Notes: generated from the sequence alone by a model not told the origin. A stretch of 32,000 nucleotides of DNA from Enterobacter sp. UNJFSC 003 (GCF_036903355.1 NZ_JBAKHK010000016.1:43812-75811), one strand, 5' to 3'. Shown: positions 21,354 through 29,220, counted from the first letter of the stretch. A program made the numbers and translations.

Positions 21354-22975
21354 TGATCCAATTCACTCAGGAACAGCAAAATGCCATAGATTTTCCTGGC
21401 AATATGGTTTTAACCGCGTGCCCAGGCAGTGGAAAAACTACTGTGGTAATAGAAAAAATAGCAATGGATTTGAGAGGTATGAAAAACTTTCAAGGCGTCA
21501 TTGCAATATCTCATACCAATAAAGCTAGCGACGAATTACTAAAAAGATCAAAAAAATTTATAGTAGATGTGAAATCTAGTTTCTTTGGAACGATTGATAA
21601 ATTCTTTTTACGTGAAATCATTTTCAATTTCATGAATCATTTTGCATCTAGACCCAGTTCCTTAAAAATCATAAAATTTAATGATTTATTGCCTGAGCAA
21701 CAAGCTAAAATGTTATTTTTATTAGCTGATGGGTTTGTTATTTTAAAAGAGGATGTTAATGCGCTAAATGAAATCTACACCCTTTATTCTCAAGGGGTGT
21801 TTGTACTTGAAATGGCTCCACTTATGTCTCTTTTTATTCTTACGTATTCACACGCTTGTCAAAGGTATATCAAAGCGAAATATAAATCTATATACATTGA
21901 CGAATATCAAGACTCAGGTTTTATACAACATGAGATTTTTAAATTAATTTCAATGTTTGGTATTAAAGCAGTTGCAGTGGGAGATGCTGATCAGTCTATA
22001 CACGAATATGCCAAGAAATATTCAAAGTATTTGATTGAACTAAAAAATGGCGATAATGGATTTGAACCGTTTGAATTAACACTAAACCACCGCTGTCATT
22101 ATTCCATTGTTAATTATGCTTCAAGGTTAATAAGGCCTGAATGTACTTTAATTGCAGGTGGTAATATACAAGTCTATCGGGTCTGTATCCCGGGGTATTT
22201 TGAAGAAATTGCCTCATGGATCGATAGTGGATTAGAGTCAATAAAAAAGTCTTTTGGAATAAAACATAACAATCAAATTGCTATCCTTGCGGTAAGTAAT
22301 AAAAGTGTTTCATATATATCCTCCTGTCTCAAAGTGCAAAATAGAGCTTACGTGGATGATAAATTTTCCAAGCTAGGTACTGATGTTTCTAGGTTAATTA
22401 TGGATTTGTTACACTATAGATATAATAATAACCACACAGCACAAGATATTATAGATAATTATTCTGAAAGTGGAGTTACAAGACGGCAGGTTAAATTATT
22501 GAGGCGTGAAATTAATCTAGTCAGAAAGATTGATGATTGTAACCTCATCGCTTCTGTGCGTGGAGTCTTAACTCTCTTAGGGGATTATAATCTTGAGTCA
22601 ATACACATAGACGGCATTAGTGAGGTGCTTCAGGTTGATGCAGTAAGGAATAATTACTTACCTATTAATCAAAACGAAGTTCAGATTATGAATATTCATA
22701 AGTCTAAAGGGTTAGAGTTTGATTGTGTATATCATTTAGACCTTTATGATCATGTTTTACCTAAAAGAGAATATCCAGTCGGGAGTAGGGATGTTATTTA
22801 TAAAAATGAAAAGCAGTGTTTGAATCTACATTATGTTGCATTAACTAGAGCCAAAAAATTTGTTGTATTAGTTACATCCACGGAGCGCATTGGTTCTAAG
22901 GGCTACAGAATCCCTGCATTACCATCTCAGTTTTTTGATCGTGCAGGTTTGGAGGGTTTGTTTAAAAAATTATAA
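21353..22975 (+). CDS. gajB: GajB-like UvrD/PcrA-family SF1 helicase (Gabija component B)
   Basis: The helicase motifs are present: I ACPGSGKTT, II YIDEYQD, III GDADQSI, IV LNHRC, V IHKSKGLEFD and VI YVALTRAKK. Its start overlaps the gajA stop (TAATG), which suggests translational coupling. The product is 540 aa. Confidence 0.85.
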   Translation: MIQFTQEQQNAIDFPGNMVLTACPGSGKTTVVIEKIAMDLRGMKNFQGVIAISHTNKASDELLKRSKKFIVDVKSSFFGTIDKFFLREIIFNFMNHFASRPSSLKIIKFNDLLPEQQAKMLFLLADGFVILKEDVNALNEIYTLYSQGVFVLEMAPLMSLFILTYSHACQRYIKAKYKSIYIDEYQDSGFIQHEIFKLISMFGIKAVAVGDADQSIHEYAKKYSKYLIELKNGDNGFEPFELTLNHRCHYSIVNYASRLIRPECTLIAGGNIQVYRVCIPGYFEEIASWIDSGLESIKKSFGIKHNNQIAILAVSNKSVSYISSCLKVQNRAYVDDKFSKLGTDVSRLIMDLLHYRYNNNHTAQDIIDNYSESGVTRRQVKLLRREINLVRKIDDCNLIASVRGVLTLLGDYNLESIHIDGISEVLQVDAVRNNYLPINQNEVQIMNIHKSKGLEFDCVYHLDLYDHVLPKREYPVGSRDVIYKNEKQCLNLHYVALTRAKKFVVLVTSTERIGSKGYRIPALPSQFFDRAGLEGLFKKL

Positions 22976-22995
22976 TGCACTGTACTTCGCGCGTA

Positions 22996-23014
22996 ATGCT
23001 GTCCCCGCCACGCC
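22996..23014 (-). other. P2/P4-type cos site (cohesive-end sequence)
   Basis: The minus strand reads GGCGTGGCGGGGACAGCAT, matching 16 of 19 positions of the P2/P4 cohesive end GGCGAGGCGGGGAAAGCAC as I recall it. The next bases (TACGCGCG) also resemble the P2 flank (TGCGCGC). It lies in the expected position between the int-side cargo and psu. Confidence 0.65.
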
Positions 23015-23345
23015 GTCAGAGCGCCTCAGCGCCTCGCTCTGCCTGCCAGCGACGTGACACATCGACACATCATGACGAAGCGCAGCGTCTCATCACGGCG
23101 CGGGCACGCACGACAGGCCCTAAAAAAATGATCATGCCTGCTCAAAATTGAGGTGCTAATACCACGATTAAACCTAAAACCGCGCGCTCGTAGCCCCGCC
23201 ACGCCTGCCCGCTTTATGGAGTGGTTTTCATGCAGTTGCATGATAGGCTCTTAACCGCGCCTTAGCTGGCCTGGGAAGTAAAAATGCAAGTGCATAAAGT
23301 CATGCGATTTCATGCAGTATAGACATGCACTCAGGCTACAGACAT

Positions 23346-23370
23346 CAAAAAACCCGGCACTGGCCGGGCT
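23346..23370 (-). terminator. Rho-independent terminator of the delta/psu-like operon
   Basis: The minus strand reads CCCGGC-cagt-GCCGGG followed by TTTTTT, starting 18 nt after the stop of the 270-aa gene. Confidence 0.8.
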
Positions 23371-23387
23371 TAAGTGAGCTGTTCAGG

Positions 23388-24200
23388 TCAGAACAGCTTT
23401 CTTTTTTTTCTGTCTTCATGTGATCCTGATACCGGTGCTGAACCGGTCAGACTCATCACGTCGTCCCGGAATCTCAACGGCAATATTTCATTCGTCCACT
23501 TCAGCATTAGATTCAGGATAAATTCACGATACAACGTATCTGCATCATTTGTCCCTTCAATAATACCCGGTATATGCACTGAGCTATTCCGCTCGAATTG
23601 CCTGTACTTCATCCTGAGTAGGCTGCTCAATTCAGCACCGTGGAAAATAAAAAAGTCTCGTAAAAGCTCATCGATACGCTCCTCAGTGATGCCATGATGG
23701 AAGTTTATATAGACGTTTGCCTTACGCGCGGTCGCTTGAGCCAGTACCGGCAGCTGCTCTTCTTTTTCAGTAATCAGCCCGGCCAGTTCTGTGGCTGTTT
23801 CCTGTTGTTCCAGATACTCAGCCCGAAGAGCTTTCATCTTCGGCGTTACGATGCCGCCGCTCTGGTTAAGCAATTCCCTGAACTGCGCCCGATTGTCTTT
23901 GCTGGTCTGCTCAGTTTCGGTCTGATGCTGGCGTAGAGCCCGAAGGTTCTCAATGGCTGCTTCTTCGGCCTGTCTGGCCTCCACCCAGGCCTGCATTTTT
24001 TGGTAAAGGTCGATAATTCGGGACTGCCAGTCGGAGGAAAGGCTTTTTGTCAGTTTTTCCGTCTCGCGGGCTATTTCATTTGCAGGCAAACTCATGAGCC
24101 AATCCGCATCCTGAAGCGGTTTTTTTGCCCTCGCGAGGAGTGTTACTACGTGTCCGGTTGCGGCCTGAATCTGGTTTTCAGTCAAGTGTTGTTCTGCCAT
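23388..24200 (-). CDS. Psu/Sid-family-like coiled-coil protein (occupies the psu position of P4)
   Basis: I chose the ATG at 24200 (MAEQHLTENQ), which has an AGGAGG SD 8 nt upstream, giving 270 aa. The protein has long Glu/Gln/Ala-rich helices. The C-terminal stretch ERIDELLRDFFIFHGAELSSLL...LYREFILNLMLKW loosely parallels P4 Psu (IRDRLNDFMQQHGTALAAAL...ALREALLSWLAKG) as I recall it. It lies immediately downstream of the delta-like gene, as psu does in P4. Confidence 0.45.
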   Translation of the reverse strand: MAEQHLTENQIQAATGHVVTLLARAKKPLQDADWLMSLPANEIARETEKLTKSLSSDWQSRIIDLYQKMQAWVEARQAEEAAIENLRALRQHQTETEQTSKDNRAQFRELLNQSGGIVTPKMKALRAEYLEQQETATELAGLITEKEEQLPVLAQATARKANVYINFHHGITEERIDELLRDFFIFHGAELSSLLRMKYRQFERNSSVHIPGIIEGTNDADTLYREFILNLMLKWTNEILPLRFRDDVMSLTGSAPVSGSHEDRKKRKLF

Positions 24201-24219
24201 ATCATTGTTCCTCCTCATT

Positions 24220-24492
24220 TTATTGTGCATGACGGTCTTTAAGAGTACAGGCTGAACCGTAGCGGCCTATGGTCTGTGGCTGACGCTCGAGGGAATCGCT
24301 CCTCGATTCAGGCTCCGGCGGCGCTGGTTTATGGGGTTTCATAATTATCGTGTCGACACTTTCAAGGGCAGTAAATGTGCACGAACATTCAAGATTCTGG
24401 CACTGATACCATGAGCGCTTAACCGATGGAGCTTCATAGGCGCTGGTTCTGGCATGAGCGACCGTGCCACATTCAGGACATTTCAGGGCCAT
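24220..24492 (-). CDS. Ogr/Delta-family zinc-finger late transcription activator (single-domain)
   Basis: The ATG at 24492 has an AAGGAGGG SD and gives MALKCPECGTVAHARTSAYEAPSVKRSWYQCQNLECSCTFTALESVDTIIMKP. This reproduces the P2 Ogr pattern CP.C...AHARTS.Y.....R.Y.QCQN..CS.TF...ESV, at 90 aa. The ORF-track start at 24594 adds 34 unsupported residues. Confidence 0.88.
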   Translation of the reverse strand: MALKCPECGTVAHARTSAYEAPSVKRSWYQCQNLECSCTFTALESVDTIIMKPHKPAPPEPESRSDSLERQPQTIGRYGSACTLKDRHAQ

Positions 24493-24624
24493 ATCAGTAC
24501 CCTCCTTTTGCATTAAGTCTGTTGAGGCGAGCCAGGAAAACTTTATGTTTTGCCGGGGTGAAACTGGCTGATGCATTAGCACGCATTGATGCATCCACCA
24601 TTAGTGTTTTGTTGTCGTGTCAAT

Positions 24625-24680
24625 TGTGCCGGTACTCATACAAGGGCACTACCGAGGGGGATTGTGCCAGTGACAGAACA
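24625..24680. promoter_or_regulatory. Two TGT-N12-ACA dyads (Ogr/Delta activator-site consensus)
   Basis: The dyads are ATTGTGCCGGTACTCATACA (TGT 24625-27, ACA 24640-42) and ATTGTGCCAGTGACAGAACA (TGT 24663-65, ACA 24678-80), with centres 38 bp apart. They lie upstream of the delta-like gene. Confidence 0.6.
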
Positions 24681-24722
24681 ATGACCTTGTTCTGGCTAGC
24701 CAGAGAAAGGCGTCATGTCTGA

Positions 24723-24850
24723 TATTCACCCTTCCTTTAATACAAACTATTCACTACTGTTCACTTTAGTAAAAAAGATAGTAAATACATGGGGTTGATG
24801 GGTGTAGTGTTTGAGTAGTAGTGGTCATCTACTGTTCATGACTGTTCACA
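24723..24850 (+). repeat. Iteron cluster T(G/A)TTCAC(C/T), candidate satellite replication origin (ori-like)
   Basis: There are five same-orientation copies: TATTCACC 24723, TATTCACT 24748, TGTTCACT 24758, TGTTCATG 24833 and TGTTCACA 24843. The P4 alpha protein binds the octamer TGTTCACC in ori and crr, as I recall it. Confidence 0.55.
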
Positions 24851-25492
24851 GAAATAAAATTACACTTATATTTTTTTCTCATATAAGCCGCGATATTTAT
24901 TTCAGTTTATTACTGGATTTTTTTTCCTCACCACTTTTCACAAGTATTCAGCACTATTCGACGTATAGAATAAAAGGTGTCTTATTTCTGTTTAATAATT
25001 CAACATTCAACCTCCCGTCACCCTGTTGCATTTCGGGGGAATACTCATAAAAATGAATCTATCTGATGCTCATTAAACACGTGCGGATACATGCGGAAGG
25101 ATAAGAGTAATTTAATTTCTTTAGTCAGTAATTTAATTAATACATATGATGAACTGTTTTGTCCTGGTCGTTTTTAGCTCTTTTATTATTCCGATGTCTT
25201 CGTCCTTATGATGTAAAGCCCGGAATGGCATGGCCTGTTTCAGGTTTGAACTGTGATCCTGCCTGGTGTAATAGATTTTTTTATTCTTGATGCTCCTTAT
25301 TATATTTCATAAAGGAATGGTTTGTTTTTGTCCGTTTCATACGGTATTTAGCTGTTTTATTTTTTGAGAAATCAACATTTCACTCCAAATAAATAAAGCA
25401 TGCGCGAGCCGCTTATATAAACATAATAAGGAGCTACCTGAATCCGGATGGAATTGCCCGGACTGTTGTAAACATATTAGAGAGGTAGCCAG

Positions 25493-25753
25493 ATGAATAG
25501 TATTTCCGTTTCCACCCCGGCACCAGCTGCTCCGGTGCTCCCGGTTCCGGCTCAGCAGGAGCGCTTCATACGATTACCTGAAGTGATGCACCTTTGCGGG
25601 CTATCCCGTTCAACCATCTACGACCTTATCAGCCGCGATGCCTTCCCGCAGCAGATATCCCTGGGTGGAAAAAATGTGGCTTGGGTACAGTCGGAGGTCA
25701 GTGCATGGATGGCGGCGCGAATTGCTGCCCGCGAGCAAGGAGGCCATGCGTGA
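25493..25753 (+). CDS. alpA: AlpA/Vis-family helix-turn-helix regulator (excisionase-like)
   Basis: The 86-aa ORF contains [50 protein letters not shown], the typical Phage_AlpA HTH signature. A GAGAGG SD lies 7 nt upstream. Confidence 0.88.
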   Translation: MNSISVSTPAPAAPVLPVPAQQERFIRLPEVMHLCGLSRSTIYDLISRDAFPQQISLGGKNVAWVQSEVSAWMAARIAAREQGGHA

Positions 25754-25929
25754 AACTGGCTTTGCAGTCTCATCTCCTTTTTTCTGGCTTGCGTCCTGAT
25801 ATCTTTTCCAGGTATAGTTTTCCCGCTGCCGCAAAATCGGCTGCCGGGCGTAGGAACCCGAGTTACTTATTGGCGACACCAGACGCGCCTTGCGTCTTTT
25901 TTTACGTCGTTGCTCAGGCACACCCATTT

Positions 25930-26090
25930 TTCGGGCTGCGGTGCTTATACCTTAGCCCCTTTCAGATAATGGTGGTCCGGGCGGGGCAGCCTTCGGGCTG
26001 GCCGGTTTCCAATAAGGCCGGTATTCCTACCCCCGTTCGGGTCACCACCCATGAGCGTAGGAACTCCGGTGGTGGCATTTACCGCTACTT
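25930..26090 (+). ncRNA. Candidate C4/CI-like antisense immunity RNA region (boundaries approximate)
   Basis: This GC-rich non-coding stretch contains several hairpins, for example CAGCC-TTCG-GGCTG at 25987-26000 and CCTAC...GTAGG at 26026-26060, the latter exposing CACCACC. Complementary GGTGGT(G) boxes lie upstream (25971) and downstream (26069). It sits immediately upstream of an icd-like ORF, as in the P1 c4-icd arrangement and the P4 seqA-cI(seqB)-seqC arrangement. Confidence 0.35.
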
Positions 26091-26106
26091 ATTGGAGGTT
26101 GCCCTT

Positions 26107-26298
26107 ATGGCTACGATCCTCGCCCCATCACATCCTCAATTTATATTTGTTTTTGCCGCCGTTCGTCGTGCAGAACGTAAACCACGTATTAGTATGCTGC
26201 GTATCGTCGCCAGCAATGAGCATCATGCACGTCTTTCACTGGTCCATGAGTATGTGCTTTGCCTTGCTGCTCGCCTGCCAGTCCGGGAGGTGATCTAA
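26107..26298 (+). CDS. Small protein, possibly Icd-like (host cell division inhibitor family)
   Basis: The ATG at 26107 has a GGAGG SD 9 nt upstream and gives 63 aa: [63 protein letters not shown]. The C-terminal AARLPV motif and the position before the alpha operon resemble Icd-like proteins of P4-type islands, recalled from memory. It is the last part of a 234-aa ORF-track entry that I otherwise reject. Confidence 0.5.
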   Translation: MATILAPSHPQFIFVFAAVRRAERKPRISMLRIVASNEHHARLSLVHEYVLCLAARLPVREVI

Positions 26299-26522
26299 TG
26301 AATCACGCCGCAATCTCTTATGACGATATTGTCCGCCTGAAGCATCTTCGTAACGTGGGGGAGTTTGTCACCGGAATGGCTGTTCTTCAGGATTGCTACG
26401 AAAAACCTGCCGGTGCTCAATGTGAGCAACTGGTTTCCCTGATTTATCTGATGACAGAGCAGCTTGATGGCGTGGTACAGCGTTGCCAGGATGACCTGAT
26501 GAACATGGAGGTGGTGCAATGA
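26298..26522 (+). CDS. Hypothetical protein (satellite early operon)
   Basis: The ATG at 26298 overlaps the upstream stop (TAATG) and has a GGGAGG SD. The product is 74 aa, [23 protein letters not shown]... I recognise no motif. Confidence 0.6.
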   Translation: MNHAAISYDDIVRLKHLRNVGEFVTGMAVLQDCYEKPAGAQCEQLVSLIYLMTEQLDGVVQRCQDDLMNMEVVQ

Positions 26523-26842
26523 AATCACGCACTCTTTCCCTTTCACTTCGGGTAGCGTTGTATCGCCGCGCGGTAGCTTGCGCATGGCTGAGTGCCTGCC
26601 ATCAGCAAAACAGCCACCTGCAGCTCACTCTGGATGAAATTGAAACCGCTATTGCCCGTGAGCTTGAAGGATTTTATCTGCGACAGCACGGGCAAACAAA
26701 AGGCATGGAAATCGCCTGCGCCCTGCTTTCAGACCTGATGGAATCCGGCCCTCTAATGTCCTGTCCCGCACTCTCCCAGCTCGGAATAGCCGTAATGGAT
26801 GAGTTATGCGTCCGTCACATCAAAAAGCCGGTTTTACACTGA
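26519..26842 (+). CDS. Hypothetical protein (satellite early operon)
   Basis: A 107-aa ORF with an ATGA overlap with the upstream gene and a GGAGG SD. I recognise no motif. Confidence 0.6.
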   Translation: MKSRTLSLSLRVALYRRAVACAWLSACHQQNSHLQLTLDEIETAIARELEGFYLRQHGQTKGMEIACALLSDLMESGPLMSCPALSQLGIAVMDELCVRHIKKPVLH

Positions 26843-26856
26843 GGGAGAACTGCATC

Positions 26857-29190
26857 ATGTCAGGAATGAAAGTCAGTCAGGCCGTGAAGGCTGCCCGCGG
26901 TCACTGGGCTCAGATTCTGCCAGCGCTGGGCGTGAATATATTGAAAAATCGCCATCAGCCTTGTCCGGTCTGCGGCGGTAAAGATCGTTTTCGCTTCGAC
27001 GATCAGGAAGGACGCGGAACATGGTTCTGCAATCAGTGCGGAGCCGGGGATGGTTTAGCGCTTGTCACCAGGGCACTGAATGTGGATATCAGTGAAGCAG
27101 CTGACAGGATACATGGACTGACACATGGTCTGTCTATAGCTAATTCCGAAGTCAGGACGTTAACCGCCGATGCCGATAGGGGGAAAGATGCAGCGGCAGC
27201 ACTTGCCGCGCGACTGCTGCAAGCCTCGCGTGAATCTGCCGGAAACACTTATCTTACACATAAAGGTTTCCCGGAGCATATTTGCCATGAGCTGACTTCA
27301 GCTCATAAAACCGGTGGGGTGATGTTCCGCCCCGGTGATTTGATCGTCCCGCTCTATAACGCTGACGGGGTGCTGGTGAATATTCAGCTTATCAGTGGCA
27401 ATGGTAGCAAGTGTTTTCTTAAAGGAGGTCAGGTTAAGCAGGCCTATCATCTGATAGAAGGGAGCGGGAGTTCAGTAAGAAGGATGTGGATTGCGGAAGG
27501 CTACGCCACGGCGCTTGCCATTCATCATCTGACAGGAGAAGCCGTCATGGTGGCATTTTCGGCGGTCAACTTTCTTTCTCTGGCCAGCGTTGCCCATAAC
27601 AAGTATCCAGGATATCAGTTAATTATTGCAGCGGACCGCGATCTGAATGGTTCAGGCCAGAACAGGGCGGAAGCTGCTGCAAAAGCGTGTCAATGTGACA
27701 TTGTGCTGCCACCGGTTTTTGGTGACTGGAATGATGCGCTTGCCCATTACGGAGAGGAATCCACCCGGAAGGCAATTCTTGAGGCTTTGAAGCCACATAA
27801 CGCCAGTCCTTTCGACACGATGAGTGAAGCAGAATTCACAGCGATGAGTGTCAGCGAAAAAGCTCAGAGGGTTCGGGAGCATTACAGGGATGCACTGGCG
27901 GTTGATCCGAACGGTCAGCTTTTATCCCGCTATGAGTCTGGAGCGTGGAAAGTGATTTCTCAGTCTGATTTTGCCCGAGATGTCGCAGCCCTTTTCCAGC
28001 GCCTCGGTGCACCGTTTTCCTCAGGAAAAATTGCCTCACTGGTGGAAACATTAAAGTTAATTGTTCCGCAGCAGCAAAATCCGGCACGTCATCTGATCGG
28101 TTTTCGTAATGGCGTCCTCGATACGCGAACAGGGCTGTTTAGTCCGCACTGTAAAGAGAACTGGCTACGTACCCTGTGTGAAGTCGATTTCACGCCACCG
28201 GTAAATGGGGAAACGCTTGAAACTCATGCCCCGGCATTCTGGCGATGGCTGGACAGGGCCGCCGGGCACGAGCCAGCAAAACGCGACATTATTCTCGCAG
28301 CGCTGTTTATGGTGCTGGCGAACCGCTATGACTGGCAGCTCTTTCTGGAAGTGACTGGCCCTGGCGGAAGTGGCAAAAGTATCCTTGCTGAAATTGCAAC
28401 GATGCTTGCAGGAGAGGATAACGCCACGTCAGCGACAATTGAAACTCTGGAGTCCCCGCGAGAACGTGCGGCTCTGATCGGTTTTTCTCTTATTCGCCTG
28501 CCTGATCAGGAGAAATGGAGCGGCGATGGCGCCGGGCTTAAGGCTATAACCGGTGGTGATGCAGTATCTGTGGACCCCAAATATCAGAATGCTTATTCAA
28601 CACATATTCCGGCGGTTATCCTGGCCGTAAATAATAATCCTATGCGCTTCACTGATCGCAGTGGTGGTGTGTCCCGCCGTAGAGTTATTCTGCATTTTCC
28701 TGAGCAGATAGCACCGGAAGAACGCGATCCGCAGCTAAAGGATAAAATTGCTCGAGAACTTGCTGTGATTGTTCGCCAACTCATGCAACGTTTCAGCGAT
28801 CCGATGAGCGCCAGAACATTGCTTCAGTCGCAGCAGAATTCTGATGAGGCTCTCACCATCAAGCGTGATGCCGATCCAGCATTTGATTTTTGTGGCTATC
28901 TTGAGGCATTACCCGACACCAACGGCATGTTTATGGGAAACGCCAATATTGTCCCGCGCCAGCCACGTACATACCTTTACCATGCCTATCTGGTCTACAT
29001 GGAAGCCAACGGCTATAAAAATACGCTCAGTCTGACCATGTTTGGCAAGGGGCTGCCGTTAATGCTGAAAGAGTATGGGCTGCAGTACGAGAAGCGGCGG
29101 ACCAATCAGGGAATGCAGACCAATCTGGCACTTAGAGAAGAATGCAATGCTGACTGGCTACCGAAGTGCAGTCTCGAAATCACAAAATAG
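26857..29190 (+). CDS. P4 alpha-type primase-helicase (zinc-ribbon, TOPRIM primase, D5/SF3-like helicase, C-terminal DNA-binding domain)
   Basis: The ATG at 26857 gives MSGMKVSQAVKAARGHWAQILPALGV and 777 aa, the length I recall for P4 gp-alpha. It has the zinc ribbon CPVCGGKDRFRFDD...WFCNQCGAGDG, the TOPRIM motifs WIAEGYATALAI and IIAADRDLNGSG, and the Walker A VTGPGGSGKS. Confidence 0.92.
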   Translation: MSGMKVSQAVKAARGHWAQILPALGVNILKNRHQPCPVCGGKDRFRFDDQEGRGTWFCNQCGAGDGLALVTRALNVDISEAADRIHGLTHGLSIANSEVRTLTADADRGKDAAAALAARLLQASRESAGNTYLTHKGFPEHICHELTSAHKTGGVMFRPGDLIVPLYNADGVLVNIQLISGNGSKCFLKGGQVKQAYHLIEGSGSSVRRMWIAEGYATALAIHHLTGEAVMVAFSAVNFLSLASVAHNKYPGYQLIIAADRDLNGSGQNRAEAAAKACQCDIVLPPVFGDWNDALAHYGEESTRKAILEALKPHNASPFDTMSEAEFTAMSVSEKAQRVREHYRDALAVDPNGQLLSRYESGAWKVISQSDFARDVAALFQRLGAPFSSGKIASLVETLKLIVPQQQNPARHLIGFRNGVLDTRTGLFSPHCKENWLRTLCEVDFTPPVNGETLETHAPAFWRWLDRAAGHEPAKRDIILAALFMVLANRYDWQLFLEVTGPGGSGKSILAEIATMLAGEDNATSATIETLESPRERAALIGFSLIRLPDQEKWSGDGAGLKAITGGDAVSVDPKYQNAYSTHIPAVILAVNNNPMRFTDRSGGVSRRRVILHFPEQIAPEERDPQLKDKIARELAVIVRQLMQRFSDPMSARTLLQSQQNSDEALTIKRDADPAFDFCGYLEALPDTNGMFMGNANIVPRQPRTYLYHAYLVYMEANGYKNTLSLTMFGKGLPLMLKEYGLQYEKRRTNQGMQTNLALREECNADWLPKCSLEITK

Positions 29191-29197
29191 GTATTTA

Positions 29198-29219
29198 AAC
29201 CGGTGGAAGCCGGTTTTTT
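29198..29219 (+). terminator. Rho-independent terminator after alpha
   Basis: AACCGG-tggaag-CCGGTT is followed by TTTT, beginning 8 nt after the alpha stop. Confidence 0.8.
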
Positions 29220-29220
29220 C

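Noticed and set aside
23026-23241. 71-aa minus-strand ORF in the cos region
   Set aside because: It is an Arg-rich, low-complexity translation of GC-rich non-coding DNA that contains the cos-like sequence. It has no SD.
24811-25050. 79-aa plus-strand ORF in the AT-rich tract
   Set aside because: It has a non-ATG start, no SD and a Phe/Ser/Leu-rich translation typical of T-rich DNA. It overlaps the iteron repeats.
25594-26106. Front part of a 234-aa plus-strand ORF
   Set aside because: It starts inside alpA in another frame and runs through the hairpin-rich non-coding region. Its composition is Pro/Arg/Ala-rich noise. Only the last 63 codons, from the SD-preceded ATG at 26107, look like a gene.
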